From IMG/VR virus record IMGVR_UViG_3300027759_004177, positions 1 through 64,000 of that record: 64,000 nt of DNA, one strand, 5' to 3'. Position numbers and translations under genes: made by a program. Below, in pieces: positions 28,438 through 38,407 of this stretch. How positions within the stretch are numbered: the first letter of the stretch is position 1; each line of letters starts with the position of its first letter. A model generated the notes under the pieces. It did not search any database. It had not been told where the DNA came from and worked only from the letters and a program-made list of their open reading frames with translations.

Positions 28438-29316
28438 TCAAGCGCCTGGGGCTGTTTCCATGGGTTTGATTTCTGGTTTGGCACCTTGTTGTGCCAGTGT
28501 ATCTTCGATGATGCCCATGCTACCACGCTTGCCAATGGCAATCTTGTCAAGGTCTCCGGCATACTCATAGTGTCCCACGTGGTTAAGCAACACTTTGCTG
28601 TGTGCCCAAATTTCGCCACCCAGCTTTTGCCAGCGTCGGCAGAACAGCCAATCTTCACTTAGATAGTGGCCACGCTCGTCAATTTCGCAATCAAAGATCG
28701 AATACATCATGGGCTCGTACTGCTTGCCAAGGCCCACATCATCCACGTATTTGCACTCGGGGTGTGCAGCAATTAGTTTTTTGTATACATCACGTTTGAA
28801 CAACAAGAAACCTGTGCCCATTGTGTCCACGGTGAAGATATCACCTTGGATCTTGGTTTCATTTTTCAAGTTGATAACATAACTCACAGGTAGGGCCTTT
28901 TTAGGATACAAGCCGCCAATGACTTCTTTGTCATACGCAATCATGCTCAGGATTGATTCTGGTTGGAAACGAATGTCTGCATCAATAAACATAAAATGAG
29001 TGGCTTCTGGATTGGTCATCATTTTGGCCATCAAGTTGTTTCTAGCACGAGTTACCAGACTTTCGTTAACCATTGTGTCCAGGCTCCAATTCAATCCAGC
29101 CTGCCCAGCCAGCAAGGTAAAACGCAAGAAACTGGTCATAGTTGGCTCACTTACCATACCACCGTAACAAGGGATTCCAATATGTAGGTGTACCTTTTTA
29201 AAATCAAATGGTGTGCCGGCCTGTTGCTGTGGCTCCGCTTGTTGTTGCTTTTGTTTGGCTGCTGCGGCTTTGATTAAGGCCACAGCATCATCTTGACTGA
29301 TTTTCTTGTCGCTCAT
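28438..29316 (-). CDS. GT-A-like glycosyltransferase
   Basis: IPCYGG, RARN, FIDADI (DxD), GTGFLL, SEDWLFC. Confidence 0.7.
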   Translation of the reverse strand: MSDKKISQDDAVALIKAAAAKQKQQQAEPQQQAGTPFDFKKVHLHIGIPCYGGMVSEPTMTSFLRFTLLAGQAGLNWSLDTMVNESLVTRARNNLMAKMMTNPEATHFMFIDADIRFQPESILSMIAYDKEVIGGLYPKKALPVSYVINLKNETKIQGDIFTVDTMGTGFLLFKRDVYKKLIAAHPECKYVDDVGLGKQYEPMMYSIFDCEIDERGHYLSEDWLFCRRWQKLGGEIWAHSKVLLNHVGHYEYAGDLDKIAIGKRGSMGIIEDTLAQQGAKPEIKPMETAPGA

Positions 29317-29342
29317 TGATATACTCTCTTTAGGTTAATTGA

Positions 29343-29507
29343 TTAGGCTTTTTGGATTTCAACAAGTGCACCTGCACCCGCCAATTCTGTTACCACTGCT
29401 TCTAAACTTGCAGTCACATCGTCGGTTAAAACAGTGGACTCTACATCTGTATCTTTTAGTAATTTGGTCACTGTAATCACTACAGTTTCGGTTTGCATCT
29501 TTGCCAT
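29343..29507 (-). CDS. hypothetical protein (54 aa)
   Basis: Manual translation MAKMQTETVVITVTKLLKD...; AAGGAG RBS. Confidence 0.65.
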   Translation of the reverse strand: MAKMQTETVVITVTKLLKDTDVESTVLTDDVTASLEAVVTELAGAGALVEIQKA

Positions 29508-29531
29508 CACGGGCTCCTTGATAATATGCTA

Positions 29532-30263
29532 TTATTTATTAGACAATACTACCAGCTCATGATAATTTGAAACTATGCCCGGGCTTATCAAGTTAAGGAA
29601 TGTGATCATGTTGACATCGTTGGAGTAAAAATACAAGTTCCAGATAAATCCTGTGCTTTTGAACAGCATGTCTCTGGCACTTCGTGGTATTTGAACCTGT
29701 TCCGTACCCTGGTTTTCTAAATAGTTTAGTAAATTTTGTTTGATTTCGGGAGTATATCTACCATCTTTTAAGATTATCTTGTACCGGTACCCGTTGTTTT
29801 CTTTGCGTATGATAGCTCCAGCATTTAATACCGATTCGGCTGCCTGGTCGGCAGGTCCGGAGATTGATCGTACGTACTGTTTTTGGTTGGCAGCAAAATG
29901 AGTATTGACAAAGGTTTGCAATGCTGAATCGGAATCGGCGTAAACTTGAATCATGGGTTCTTCTATCCGCAATTTTATTCCCAGACCACGGTCGTGCCTG
30001 ACTTCTCTCAACATGGTCAAAAACTCAACATCGGCATTTTCTAAATCTCTATGATTTCTATTTCCCCACCAACCGCCATAATTGACGTTCTTTGCCATGA
30101 CTCGGCGATGTTCAAGTGCCGCATCCATTGGTCCTTTGGCATCGATCAAGCGACCTGCAGGACAGTATACAACTAACTTGTATAAGAATTTACCATAAAA
30201 CTTTTTGACGGTATGGTCTACAGTAATTTTAGGATTGCACTGAATCCAGAACGATATATCCAT
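29532..30263 (-). CDS. hypothetical protein
   Basis: 243 aa ORF. Confidence 0.7.
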   Translation of the reverse strand: MDISFWIQCNPKITVDHTVKKFYGKFLYKLVVYCPAGRLIDAKGPMDAALEHRRVMAKNVNYGGWWGNRNHRDLENADVEFLTMLREVRHDRGLGIKLRIEEPMIQVYADSDSALQTFVNTHFAANQKQYVRSISGPADQAAESVLNAGAIIRKENNGYRYKIILKDGRYTPEIKQNLLNYLENQGTEQVQIPRSARDMLFKSTGFIWNLYFYSNDVNMITFLNLISPGIVSNYHELVVLSNK

Positions 30264-32523
30264 TAGAGTCTATTATAGGTGCTGTTGGGGTAAATTGTCC
30301 CAATACATTAAATTCAAACTTGTCTTCAATCCAGTCTACTTCAATCACAGTATTGGCTGGAATGTTTTCAAACAAGATCTTTTTACTCAGGGGCACTTTG
30401 ATCAAGTCGCTAATCTTACGTCCCAAGGGTCTAGCACCCATCTTGCTGTCGTAGCCAACTTCAACCAGGTGCTCCACTGCTGTTTCTGTAAGGCGTATTT
30501 TGATACTTTTCTCACTCAACAACTCATTGACTTCGTTGATAAACTTGGCCACAATCTTCTTGATGCTTACTGTGTCTAGTTTATTAAACTTGCAAATACC
30601 ATCCAAACGATTGCGGAACTCGGGCTTAAAGAAGTCTTTGACTGCTCGGTCATCTTCGGTTGATTTAGCAAGCTCACGTCCAAATCCAATGTTGTTCTTT
30701 TCATTGTCTGCGGCACCCAAGTTACTGGTAAGGATAACAATAGCGTTGCGAGCATCTGCTTTCTTACCATTGCTTGAAGTGATAGTGCCTTCGTCCATCA
30801 ACTGCAACAAAATATTAGTCACATCTGGGTGTGCCTTTTCTACTTCGTCAAACAGTATAATACAGTTGGGATTTTTTTCAATGTCGCTGATCAACATGCC
30901 GCCACCTAGGTTTGAGTCGTCGTAGCCCACATAACCCGGGGGAGCACCAATCAACTTGGCCAGTGCATGTTTCTCTTGATACTCACTCATGTCGTAGCGT
31001 AGCAGTTTCATTCCCATACCTTCAGCCAACAGTTTGGCAAGTTCTGTCTTACCTGTACCTGTGGGTCCTAAAAATAAGAAGTTGCCGATAGGCTTATTCA
31101 TTGCTTTGAGTCCAGCACGGGCAACATAGATCTTTTCTAGCACAGTTTCAACCACTTGATCCTGTCCGTACAGTTTGCCTTTAACTGTTTGTTCTAGGTC
31201 CACCAGAGTCTTGGTGCTTTCGCTACCAATTTGTTCTGCTGGAATTTTTGTAAACTTGCTGATAATATCTACGATGTGGTTTTTACGCACAGTCCAGGCC
31301 AGGGCATTGATTTTTAAACGTGCGGCAGCTGTGTCTATTAGATCGATGGCTTTGTCTGGTAGCTTTTTGTCTGGTTGGTAGCGTACACTGAGTTCTACTG
31401 CGGCATCAATGGCTTCGTCGCTGATACTGCCACCGTGGAACTTTTCAAAGTATTCACGCAGGCCACGCAGGATTTCTTTGGCCACAGGGATAGTGGGCTC
31501 TTCAATGGTCATCCTGCAGAAGCGACGCATCAAGGCACGATCTTTTTCAAAGCTCTGTGTGTATTCTTCCCAGGTTGTACTAGCAATAACCTTTAGTTGC
31601 CCTTTGCTTAATGCAGGTTTGATCATGTTGGCAAAGTCCACTGAGCTGTTACTGCCAGAACCGGCGCCACGCATTTGATGTGCTTCGTCAATGAACAGGA
31701 TACATTTGCCCTTGGCCTGCAATGCACCAATCACATCTTTGAACTTTTCTTCAAACTCGCCACGGTACTTGGATCCTGCTAGCAAACTGGCAATGTCAAG
31801 GTTGTAAACAACATAATCTTTAAGGTATTCGGGCACACGTCCATCATTGATGTTACGTGCTAGTCCTTCAGCAATGGCAGTTTTACCTACACCTGCATCA
31901 CCCACCATCAACACATTACTCTTGTTGCGTTTGGCAAGCACCTGTGCAATTTCTTCTAGCTCAAACTCACGTCCTACCACAGGATCAATCTTGCCTTCCT
32001 TGGCAGCCACGTTTAAGTTTTCACAATATTCTTTGAGAATTTCATCTGATCGCACATTGGGACTTACACGACGTCCTTTGGTTTCCACATAGTTTTCGTT
32101 GTAGAAGTCTACTATATGGCCTCGTTCTAACCCATACTTGATAAAGAAGTAACTGGCATGACTGTTTGATTCGGATGCAATGCTTAAGAAGATGTCAATG
32201 ACCTGTACATGGTTACGACCACTGAACAGGACCTGTGTGAATGCACGATTAAACACACGCTCTAAAGCATGTGTTTTTTTAGGATCTTTGGCAGATTCTA
32301 AATCACCACTGGCGATGTATGTTTGTTTGCCGAGATATTCTTCAAGGTCGGCCAACAAAGAATCAACATCGGCACCATAAGCAACCAGTAGATCATTGAA
32401 TGGTTTAAAACTGACCAAACCATGTGCCAAGTGCTCTAATGTTACGTATTCGTGATTGTATCTTTTTGCGGTATCAGTTGCGTTGGCAATAACGATTTCA
32501 ATTTCGGGATTGTGTTGTATCAT
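30229..32523 (-). CDS. clpA: ClpA-type AAA+ unfoldase
   Basis: Clp N domain, Walker A GDAGVGKT and GPTGTGKT, no middle domain, IGF loop (NNIGFG). Confidence 0.9.
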   Translation of the reverse strand: MIQHNPEIEIVIANATDTAKRYNHEYVTLEHLAHGLVSFKPFNDLLVAYGADVDSLLADLEEYLGKQTYIASGDLESAKDPKKTHALERVFNRAFTQVLFSGRNHVQVIDIFLSIASESNSHASYFFIKYGLERGHIVDFYNENYVETKGRRVSPNVRSDEILKEYCENLNVAAKEGKIDPVVGREFELEEIAQVLAKRNKSNVLMVGDAGVGKTAIAEGLARNINDGRVPEYLKDYVVYNLDIASLLAGSKYRGEFEEKFKDVIGALQAKGKCILFIDEAHQMRGAGSGSNSSVDFANMIKPALSKGQLKVIASTTWEEYTQSFEKDRALMRRFCRMTIEEPTIPVAKEILRGLREYFEKFHGGSISDEAIDAAVELSVRYQPDKKLPDKAIDLIDTAAARLKINALAWTVRKNHIVDIISKFTKIPAEQIGSESTKTLVDLEQTVKGKLYGQDQVVETVLEKIYVARAGLKAMNKPIGNFLFLGPTGTGKTELAKLLAEGMGMKLLRYDMSEYQEKHALAKLIGAPPGYVGYDDSNLGGGMLISDIEKNPNCIILFDEVEKAHPDVTNILLQLMDEGTITSSNGKKADARNAIVILTSNLGAADNEKNNIGFGRELAKSTEDDRAVKDFFKPEFRNRLDGICKFNKLDTVSIKKIVAKFINEVNELLSEKSIKIRLTETAVEHLVEVGYDSKMGARPLGRKISDLIKVPLSKKILFENIPANTVIEVDWIEDKFEFNVLGQFTPTAPIIDSNGYIVLDSVQS

Positions 32524-32531
32524 AAAAATAT

Positions 32532-33374
32532 TTATTGAGGGTTGAGTAAATTGCGTACAATTTCTAGTTGTGGTTCAGATAAATCTTGTGGTACAGTTAT
32601 TACAACTTCAGCATAAAGATGTCCACGTGCTTCAGTATTCATTTGATATAAGCCTTGATTGTGTATTCTAAATCTTGTGTTTGGTTGTGTACCAGGCGGC
32701 ACAGTTAACTCAAATTCTCGACCATCTAATCCAGAGACTCGTACCAGGCCACCTGTTATTGCTAACAAACAGTTTACACTAACCGGGGTATATAAGTCAA
32801 TATTATTGACAATAAAATTTTCGGCTGGGTGTACATTAAATTGGACATATAGGTCTCCACGTGGAATGGTGTTAAATAGGTTATCTCCTAGTCCAGTGTA
32901 CTTGATATTGGTACCATTGGTTACACCTCTTGGTATGGTTACTTCTACTGTGCTTCGTTCTCCATTGGATGTGGCAACACTGATGGTCTTTGTCTGCTGT
33001 TCCAACGTGGTAACCAAAGGCACAGGTATTTCTATACGCAGATCTCGATTGCGACGTTGCTGTTGTCTAACTCCGCCAAACGGATCTCCAAAACCAAATT
33101 GTTTGAATATGGCGTCAATATCAGGGTGATTCATACCGGCAGAGGAAAAGTGCCATTGGTTAACACCGTTGCCACCAAATCCATTGCGTTGCATATCATA
33201 CTGTTGACGCCGATTATTATCGCTTAAGGTATCGTAGGCACTTTGTATTTCTTGAAATTTGGTTTTATCGCCACCTTTGTCGGGATGGTGTTGACTTGCA
33301 AGTTTACGATAAGCACGTTTAATCTCTTCCGCAGTGGCTTTTTCGGTAACTCCTAAAATATCGTAATAAGTCAT
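32532..33374 (-). CDS. DnaJ/CbpA-like co-chaperone (no zinc finger)
   Basis: J domain with HPD, G/F region, C-terminal DnaJ domain. Confidence 0.9.
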   Translation of the reverse strand: MTYYDILGVTEKATAEEIKRAYRKLASQHHPDKGGDKTKFQEIQSAYDTLSDNNRRQQYDMQRNGFGGNGVNQWHFSSAGMNHPDIDAIFKQFGFGDPFGGVRQQQRRNRDLRIEIPVPLVTTLEQQTKTISVATSNGERSTVEVTIPRGVTNGTNIKYTGLGDNLFNTIPRGDLYVQFNVHPAENFIVNNIDLYTPVSVNCLLAITGGLVRVSGLDGREFELTVPPGTQPNTRFRIHNQGLYQMNTEARGHLYAEVVITVPQDLSEPQLEIVRNLLNPQ

Positions 33375-33380
33375 TGTAGT

Positions 33381-33421
33381 ATTATAAATGAAAAAGCCGG
33401 CAGAGTCAACTTACCGGCCTT
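33381..33421 (-). terminator. hairpin terminator overlapping the dnaJ promoter
   Basis: GCCGG...CCGGC stem plus T run; TTGACT-17-TATAAT overlapping. Confidence 0.55.
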
Positions 33422-33437
33422 CGAAATAATAAAAAAA

Positions 33438-33641
33438 TTATTTCTTTTTCTTGTCGTCTTTTTTGGCAGGTGCCTTGGGTGCATCTGGAACTTTGGTTCC
33501 TTCAGCCTTTTTGTGCTTCTTGACTTTCTTTTCGGCCACTGGTTTTTTGTTGGCTGGCTTGTCGGCGGCCTGTGCTGGTACTGCCACAACCGCTACAAAC
33601 ACAGCAATCACTGTCCATACTGCAAAATTAATAATTTTCAT
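33438..33641 (-). CDS. small exported Lys/Ala/Pro-rich protein
   Basis: Signal peptide ending AQA, then K/A/P low-complexity tail. Confidence 0.7.
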   Translation of the reverse strand: MKIINFAVWTVIAVFVAVVAVPAQAADKPANKKPVAEKKVKKHKKAEGTKVPDAPKAPAKKDDKKKK

Positions 33642-33651
33642 TTTCTTTTCC

Positions 33652-34101
33652 TTATAGTGGCGGTTGATCATCTTGTGGTACTACCTTACCAAACTTACTT
33701 GCAGCAGGGGCTGGTGTGTTGTTAAATCCGCCACCGAAGCTTGATTGTACAGGAGCAGGTGCGGATGTTGCAACCGGTGTGCTACCAAAACTAGGAGCCG
33801 GTGTTGGCAATGTTGCACCAGCTTTGTCGTTCAACTTTTCTTGTGTGCGACCATATGCAGCAATACCAAGTATAGCACCCATGGCCATGTGGAACAGGCC
33901 GGCACCTTGTAGTGTGATTGGACTCCATTGCGTACGAACCTCGCCACCGCCTACCACTTGTACCAAGCTCCATAGTACTGGAAATAGCACAAAGTCAGTG
34001 GTACACACCAACATGTACATCCAACCCATGGCTGGACGCCATTTGGAATTCATCCAATCTTCGTTTTTCTTTGCACTTTCGCTTTTGATTTCTTCTGACA
34101 T
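33652..34101 (-). CDS. putative holin (3TM, GTA-holin-like)
   Basis: WRPAMGW, GAILGIAAYGRTQEK; in lysis cassette. Confidence 0.7.
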   Translation of the reverse strand: MSEEIKSESAKKNEDWMNSKWRPAMGWMYMLVCTTDFVLFPVLWSLVQVVGGGEVRTQWSPITLQGAGLFHMAMGAILGIAAYGRTQEKLNDKAGATLPTPAPSFGSTPVATSAPAPVQSSFGGGFNNTPAPAASKFGKVVPQDDQPPL

Positions 34102-34143
34102 GCTAGCTCCTTGTTGAACATTTTGTTCTTGTTATTTTTATAT

Positions 34144-34401
34144 TTATACTGCTGAGGCTATAGTAATTAAGCCAGTTATTAGCACATTGAGTTTTTCTTT
34201 GAATGCAAGATCGCTCATGTCCTGTAATATTGCCAGCTGACTTTGTGCATCACGCATGATTTCAGCTACTTCAGCGTTGCTCATCTGGCCTGCTTTGGCC
34301 TGTTCAACCACTTGATTGATCTGTTGTGCAAATATAGCAAATGTTTCGTCGCCTGAATTGGCAATTTCTGCCAGTTGTGATTGTATGTTATCTAAGTTCA
34401 T
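34144..34401 (-). CDS. hypothetical protein
   Basis: 85 aa ORF. Confidence 0.65.
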   Translation of the reverse strand: MNLDNIQSQLAEIANSGDETFAIFAQQINQVVEQAKAGQMSNAEVAEIMRDAQSQLAILQDMSDLAFKEKLNVLITGLITIASAV

Positions 34402-34799
34402 CTTGGTCTTTTCCCCACTACGTGTTGTATAGTTTGAGCCGAGTGCTCAACGCTTTCAAACTTCAACTTACAAAATACAGGGCTTACAGATCCTTTGGTG
34501 TAGGCGACCCGAAGTCCTTGTGCTATTTTGTTTAACTCTTTACTGGCATTGATACCGTTTTTATTACGTGGAATTTGTTCTTCGTAAAATTCAAACAGTT
34601 GTGTTTTGTCTGCAATTATGATAGCATTGGCCTCCGACATGTCTTTGTTGGAACAATGTTGCTTTGCATTGTAAGCATCTGTGCGAATTTCTGTAATGAT
34701 GCGATACTCGTTGGGATCGTATCCGGTCATCATATAAGCATCGTACAACGCACAACCGTTTAGTGCTACTATTGATAACGCAATTAAAAGACGCTTCAT
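34398..34799 (-). CDS. putative lipoprotein
   Basis: Lipobox LNGC. Confidence 0.7.
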   Translation of the reverse strand: MKRLLIALSIVALNGCALYDAYMMTGYDPNEYRIITEIRTDAYNAKQHCSNKDMSEANAIIIADKTQLFEFYEEQIPRNKNGINASKELNKIAQGLRVAYTKGSVSPVFCKLKFESVEHSAQTIQHVVGKRPR

Positions 34800-34865
34800 A
34801 ATTTCTCCTTATCTTACCTGACTAGAATTGGTCCGCTTCTGTGTCTGATGTATAGTTACGCTTCT

Positions 34866-35132
34866 TCATTTTACCTCCTCGAAAATAGATCTTTGAGTTT
34901 TGTACCACTCAATCCAAGCATCTATTTTGACTCGGCATTCATGATACTGCGTGTAGTTGTCAGTAACTACTCTTACAACTTCGCTTAACTTTGTAGTGTT
35001 GGGATCAACTTGTTCTAAGCTAGGACAAGCTATCTTTAATTCTTCCGGCACTTCGGGAAAGTGACGAGCAACAGGAGTGTTCAAACAACCTGTTAATAGC
35101 AAGGCCGAGACAAGGATTAATAATCTTTTCAT
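34866..35132 (-). CDS. putative o-spanin lipoprotein
   Basis: Lipobox LTGC, Pro-rich segment, Cys pair; follows i-spanin. Confidence 0.7.
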   Translation of the reverse strand: MKRLLILVSALLLTGCLNTPVARHFPEVPEELKIACPSLEQVDPNTTKLSEVVRVVTDNYTQYHECRVKIDAWIEWYKTQRSIFEEVK

Positions 35133-35593
35133 TTCTTAACCTTTTTGATGTCTCGTGCCGATTCGTTTAGGATTTCAACTGCTGCGGGATCTAATCGACA
35201 CTCTGCATCGATCTTGACCGCATCTTGTTTTAATCGAGACTGTACAACAACCTTGCTTTCTTGTATGGCCTGATTCTTTTCTTTAACTGCTGTAGATAAC
35301 TTGGCATTGGCGTCTTTGCTTTTGGCTTCAGACACAGCAATTTTTGCTTCTAGGTCAGCAATTCGATCACGCCATGCATCGTTGGTGGCTTCACCACCTT
35401 TGAAATACACACCGACAAGTAATAACACAATTCCAATGGGTTTCAATAATCTAGCATAGGCATCGAAGAACGGAATCCAACGTCCAACCCAACCAGCGGC
35501 CAGACCAATGACACCTGCCAACAGCATTGCATTAACGATCCAATGAGTCAATCCTGCTGGCAACATTGCCCACATTGTAGCAAATTGCCACAT
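35129..35593 (-). CDS. putative i-spanin
   Basis: N-terminal TM segments then coiled coil; follows endolysin. Confidence 0.65.
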   Translation of the reverse strand: MWQFATMWAMLPAGLTHWIVNAMLLAGVIGLAAGWVGRWIPFFDAYARLLKPIGIVLLLVGVYFKGGEATNDAWRDRIADLEAKIAVSEAKSKDANAKLSTAVKEKNQAIQESKVVVQSRLKQDAVKIDAECRLDPAAVEILNESARDIKKVKK

Positions 35594-35596
35594 GCG

Positions 35597-36232
35597 TTAG
35601 GCTCCAAATACGTGTAGTGCGTGTTCGTAATGTTTCTTACGATCTTCCAACCCAATTGTTCCGCCGTTGATGCGTTTGGTCATTGTTAGAATATCACCCG
35701 AGTCAGCGTATTGATTGAGATTGTTTGATTCCCAGAACCATGCAGCACTTTGTATAGCACCTTCAAATGTTGACAGGAACTCGCTGGCTTCTTCTACAGG
35801 AATGTCTAAACTTTCAGCAAACTTGGTGTAGTTTTGTTTACCAGTGAGTTGTATCAAGCCACGACCGCAGTAACGGAACCCATCGCCTGATGCTTCATCT
35901 CCGTTGCCCATGCGGTTGGCATACACACGATTGGCAATGGCTTCTTGCTTGTTAGGTAGTCCGGCATATTGATTGGCAATATCATCAGTTGGAAAGTATT
36001 TGGGAAATATCTTGCGTAGAGTTTCTGCACGATAGTTTAGATTTTCTTTTAATGCACGGAAGCCGCCTGACTCGTGAGCACACTGAGCCAGGAAAGCGGC
36101 CACACGTTGTGGTGTGTTGATTTCATAGTCAGGCAGGATTTGGCATAAGGCTTCGTACCAATGATCCAGGTATGGATTGCCTGGTAGTAGTTGTGCTAGT
36201 TGTTCTTGTGTAAAATCAAAATTGAAAGACAT
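35597..36232 (-). CDS. glycoside hydrolase family 19 endolysin
   Basis: AFLAQCAHESGG, ENLNY, GRGLIQLTG, TKRINGG. Confidence 0.92.
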   Translation of the reverse strand: MSFNFDFTQEQLAQLLPGNPYLDHWYEALCQILPDYEINTPQRVAAFLAQCAHESGGFRALKENLNYRAETLRKIFPKYFPTDDIANQYAGLPNKQEAIANRVYANRMGNGDEASGDGFRYCGRGLIQLTGKQNYTKFAESLDIPVEEASEFLSTFEGAIQSAAWFWESNNLNQYADSGDILTMTKRINGGTIGLEDRKKHYEHALHVFGA

Positions 36233-36245
36233 AGTTTATAACCTT

Positions 36246-36362
36246 TTATTTTTTGCTAAACATTCCTAACATTTTAGCTTGAATTGCTTTGGCCCAAAAT
36301 GGCTGTGGGAAATTCCAACCTACAAATGCTCCTACTGCTACCCATAATAATGTATCTAACAT
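36246..36362 (-). CDS. small membrane peptide (38 aa)
   Basis: Manual translation MLDTLLWVAVGAFVGWNFPQPFWAK...; AAGGAG RBS. Confidence 0.6.
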   Translation of the reverse strand: MLDTLLWVAVGAFVGWNFPQPFWAKAIQAKMLGMFSKK

Positions 36363-36384
36363 GTTTGTTCTCCTTGTTATAATG

Positions 36385-36945
36385 TTATCTAATAATGCCG
36401 GCTAGGTTTCTCAGACTTTCGGTGAAATCATTCTTTGGCGCCCGGGTATCAACATCAAGCCCGGCGGCTGTTTTCAATTGATCAATCGCTTCTTGTCCGT
36501 ACATGGATTCGTATTTTTCGGGTGTATTGGGAATTAGATTTTGTAATGCTTCTAAACTTAGTTGTGTTTCTTTGTGACTCTTGTAATAGCGTACACGCCA
36601 TTCATCTGTGGCTTGGTCAGTCAAGTTCATTAGGTCGTCCATTAAGGCCATAACATTGTCGGCCAGCTGTTCATTGCGGTCCATTTCAACAAACACGATG
36701 TAACTGCCGTCGTCCATTTCGCCTGAACTGACATCGGCATCAACTACCCAGTTGTATCCCTTTTCAATAAAGGCCACTAGATCGTTGGCAGGTTCTTTGC
36801 TGTCTACTTTAAAACTTAGCACAACAATATCAGCGTCGTCGCCCAGTTTGCTTTTGAATTCATCAATATGTAGTTCAGGGTGGATCAATCGGGCTAGATC
36901 TCCGGCTTCCAAACCTTCAAAGAGATTATTGTTGTGGTTGATCAT
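36385..36945 (-). CDS. hypothetical protein
   Basis: 186 aa acidic ORF. Confidence 0.7.
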   Translation of the reverse strand: MINHNNNLFEGLEAGDLARLIHPELHIDEFKSKLGDDADIVVLSFKVDSKEPANDLVAFIEKGYNWVVDADVSSGEMDDGSYIVFVEMDRNEQLADNVMALMDDLMNLTDQATDEWRVRYYKSHKETQLSLEALQNLIPNTPEKYESMYGQEAIDQLKTAAGLDVDTRAPKNDFTESLRNLAGIIR

Positions 36946-37456
36946 TGATTTTATCCTGTTGATCTACGGTGTCATTGTCAGCACCAGTTTCGTATGCTGC
37001 ATCAATGTCTTCCATGTCAATTGTGCCTGATTCTAGTTCCAAAGCACCTTGTTGTATATCGCTCATGAGCTTTTTAGGCATGACAATTTCAACCAGCCAT
37101 ATGGGGCTCTGTTTCATTTTAGGTACTCGGGTACCGGGTTTAAAATCGTTGGGAGTTTTGACCGTGTCTGGATGCTCAAAGAAATCTTGCTTGTATTGTA
37201 CATCACATTCGTATTCGGCCAAACGTGCAGCACCCTTAGGGTCCGGCATTTTTTTGTATGGCCACATGAATGTGCAAGTTACAAAGTATTTTTGATATGT
37301 GGGGCCTTCTACCAATTCGCCCTGTTTCCAGTTGGCAAACGCATACAGATCCAACTCATCAAGTACTCGTTCAAAGTCAAGCAGAGTGTTAACAGCGGAA
37401 TCTGTTACAAAAATTTCTTTGGTGTTGTCTAGTAGTTCTCTAATATTTGCTGGCAT
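36926..37456 (-). CDS. hypothetical protein
   Basis: Start MPANIRE just downstream of TAAATA. Confidence 0.7.
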   Translation of the reverse strand: MPANIRELLDNTKEIFVTDSAVNTLLDFERVLDELDLYAFANWKQGELVEGPTYQKYFVTCTFMWPYKKMPDPKGAARLAEYECDVQYKQDFFEHPDTVKTPNDFKPGTRVPKMKQSPIWLVEIVMPKKLMSDIQQGALELESGTIDMEDIDAAYETGADNDTVDQQDKINDQPQQ

Positions 37457-37645
37457 AGTACAGTTATTTATCTGAATTTGTACTGATACCGGGTTGAATT
37501 TAATTATGTGGGTATTTATTGTTATGTTGGGTCGTCTAATACTTATGCGTTTTTTAAAGTCAAAAACACACAGTTTAAACTTTTGCCCGTGGACACCTAA
37601 ATATCTTAGTAGACAGCACGACACTACCACTTCAAGGAGGCAACT

Positions 37646-38407
37646 TTGTCCAAAAGGCAACAACGCAGAGCAGAGGCTCTAGTAGTAAATGATCACAACC
37701 CCAACAGTTTCAAAGGCAACAACACCGTAAGAATGGACCTGTACCAGAAGCAACAACATCGTCCTATTACGTTAATCCCAAAGAGTTTAACACAAGAAAA
37801 ATACATTGATTTATTAACCGATCCTGAGCGGCTCATAGTATTTGCTACAGGACCAGCTGGTACAGGTAAAACCATGCTGGCTGTACTGGCTGCTCTGAAA
37901 GCATTCAGATCCGGGGAAATCGATCGTATTGTAGTGACCAGACCCGCAGTCGGGGTCGACGATGAAGAACATGGATTTTTACCTGGGGATCTAAATGAAA
38001 AAATGGCTCCTTGGACCAGGCCCATATTCGACATCATTGGTGATTATTATCGCCAAAGTGAAATTGCACGTATGCTAGATGACAACCAAATAGAGATCTC
38101 TCCCCTGGCATACATGAGAGGTAGAACATTTAAAAATTCGTGGATCATTGCAGACGAAATGCAAAACGCGACACCAAGTCAGATGAAAATGTTACTCACG
38201 CGATTAGGAGAAGGTAGTAAAATGGTAGTAACTGGTGACACTCGACAAGCGGATCGCCGGGAAGACGACAACGGTCTTCTCAATTTCCAACGGTTAGTAG
38301 ATGACTACCGCAGTTGTAAATACGTTTCCGGTATAGAATTTGATCACCGAGACATACAACGCCACCCGGCTGTGCTTGAAATACTTAAAATTTACAAGGA
38401 GGTCTGA
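37646..38407 (+). CDS. phoH: PhoH-like ATPase
   Basis: GPAGTGKT, GFLPG, YMRGRT, DEMQN, TRLG, GDTRQ; AAGGAGG RBS before TTG. Confidence 0.95.
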   Translation: MSKRQQRRAEALVVNDHNPNSFKGNNTVRMDLYQKQQHRPITLIPKSLTQEKYIDLLTDPERLIVFATGPAGTGKTMLAVLAALKAFRSGEIDRIVVTRPAVGVDDEEHGFLPGDLNEKMAPWTRPIFDIIGDYYRQSEIARMLDDNQIEISPLAYMRGRTFKNSWIIADEMQNATPSQMKMLLTRLGEGSKMVVTGDTRQADRREDDNGLLNFQRLVDDYRSCKYVSGIEFDHRDIQRHPAVLEILKIYKEV

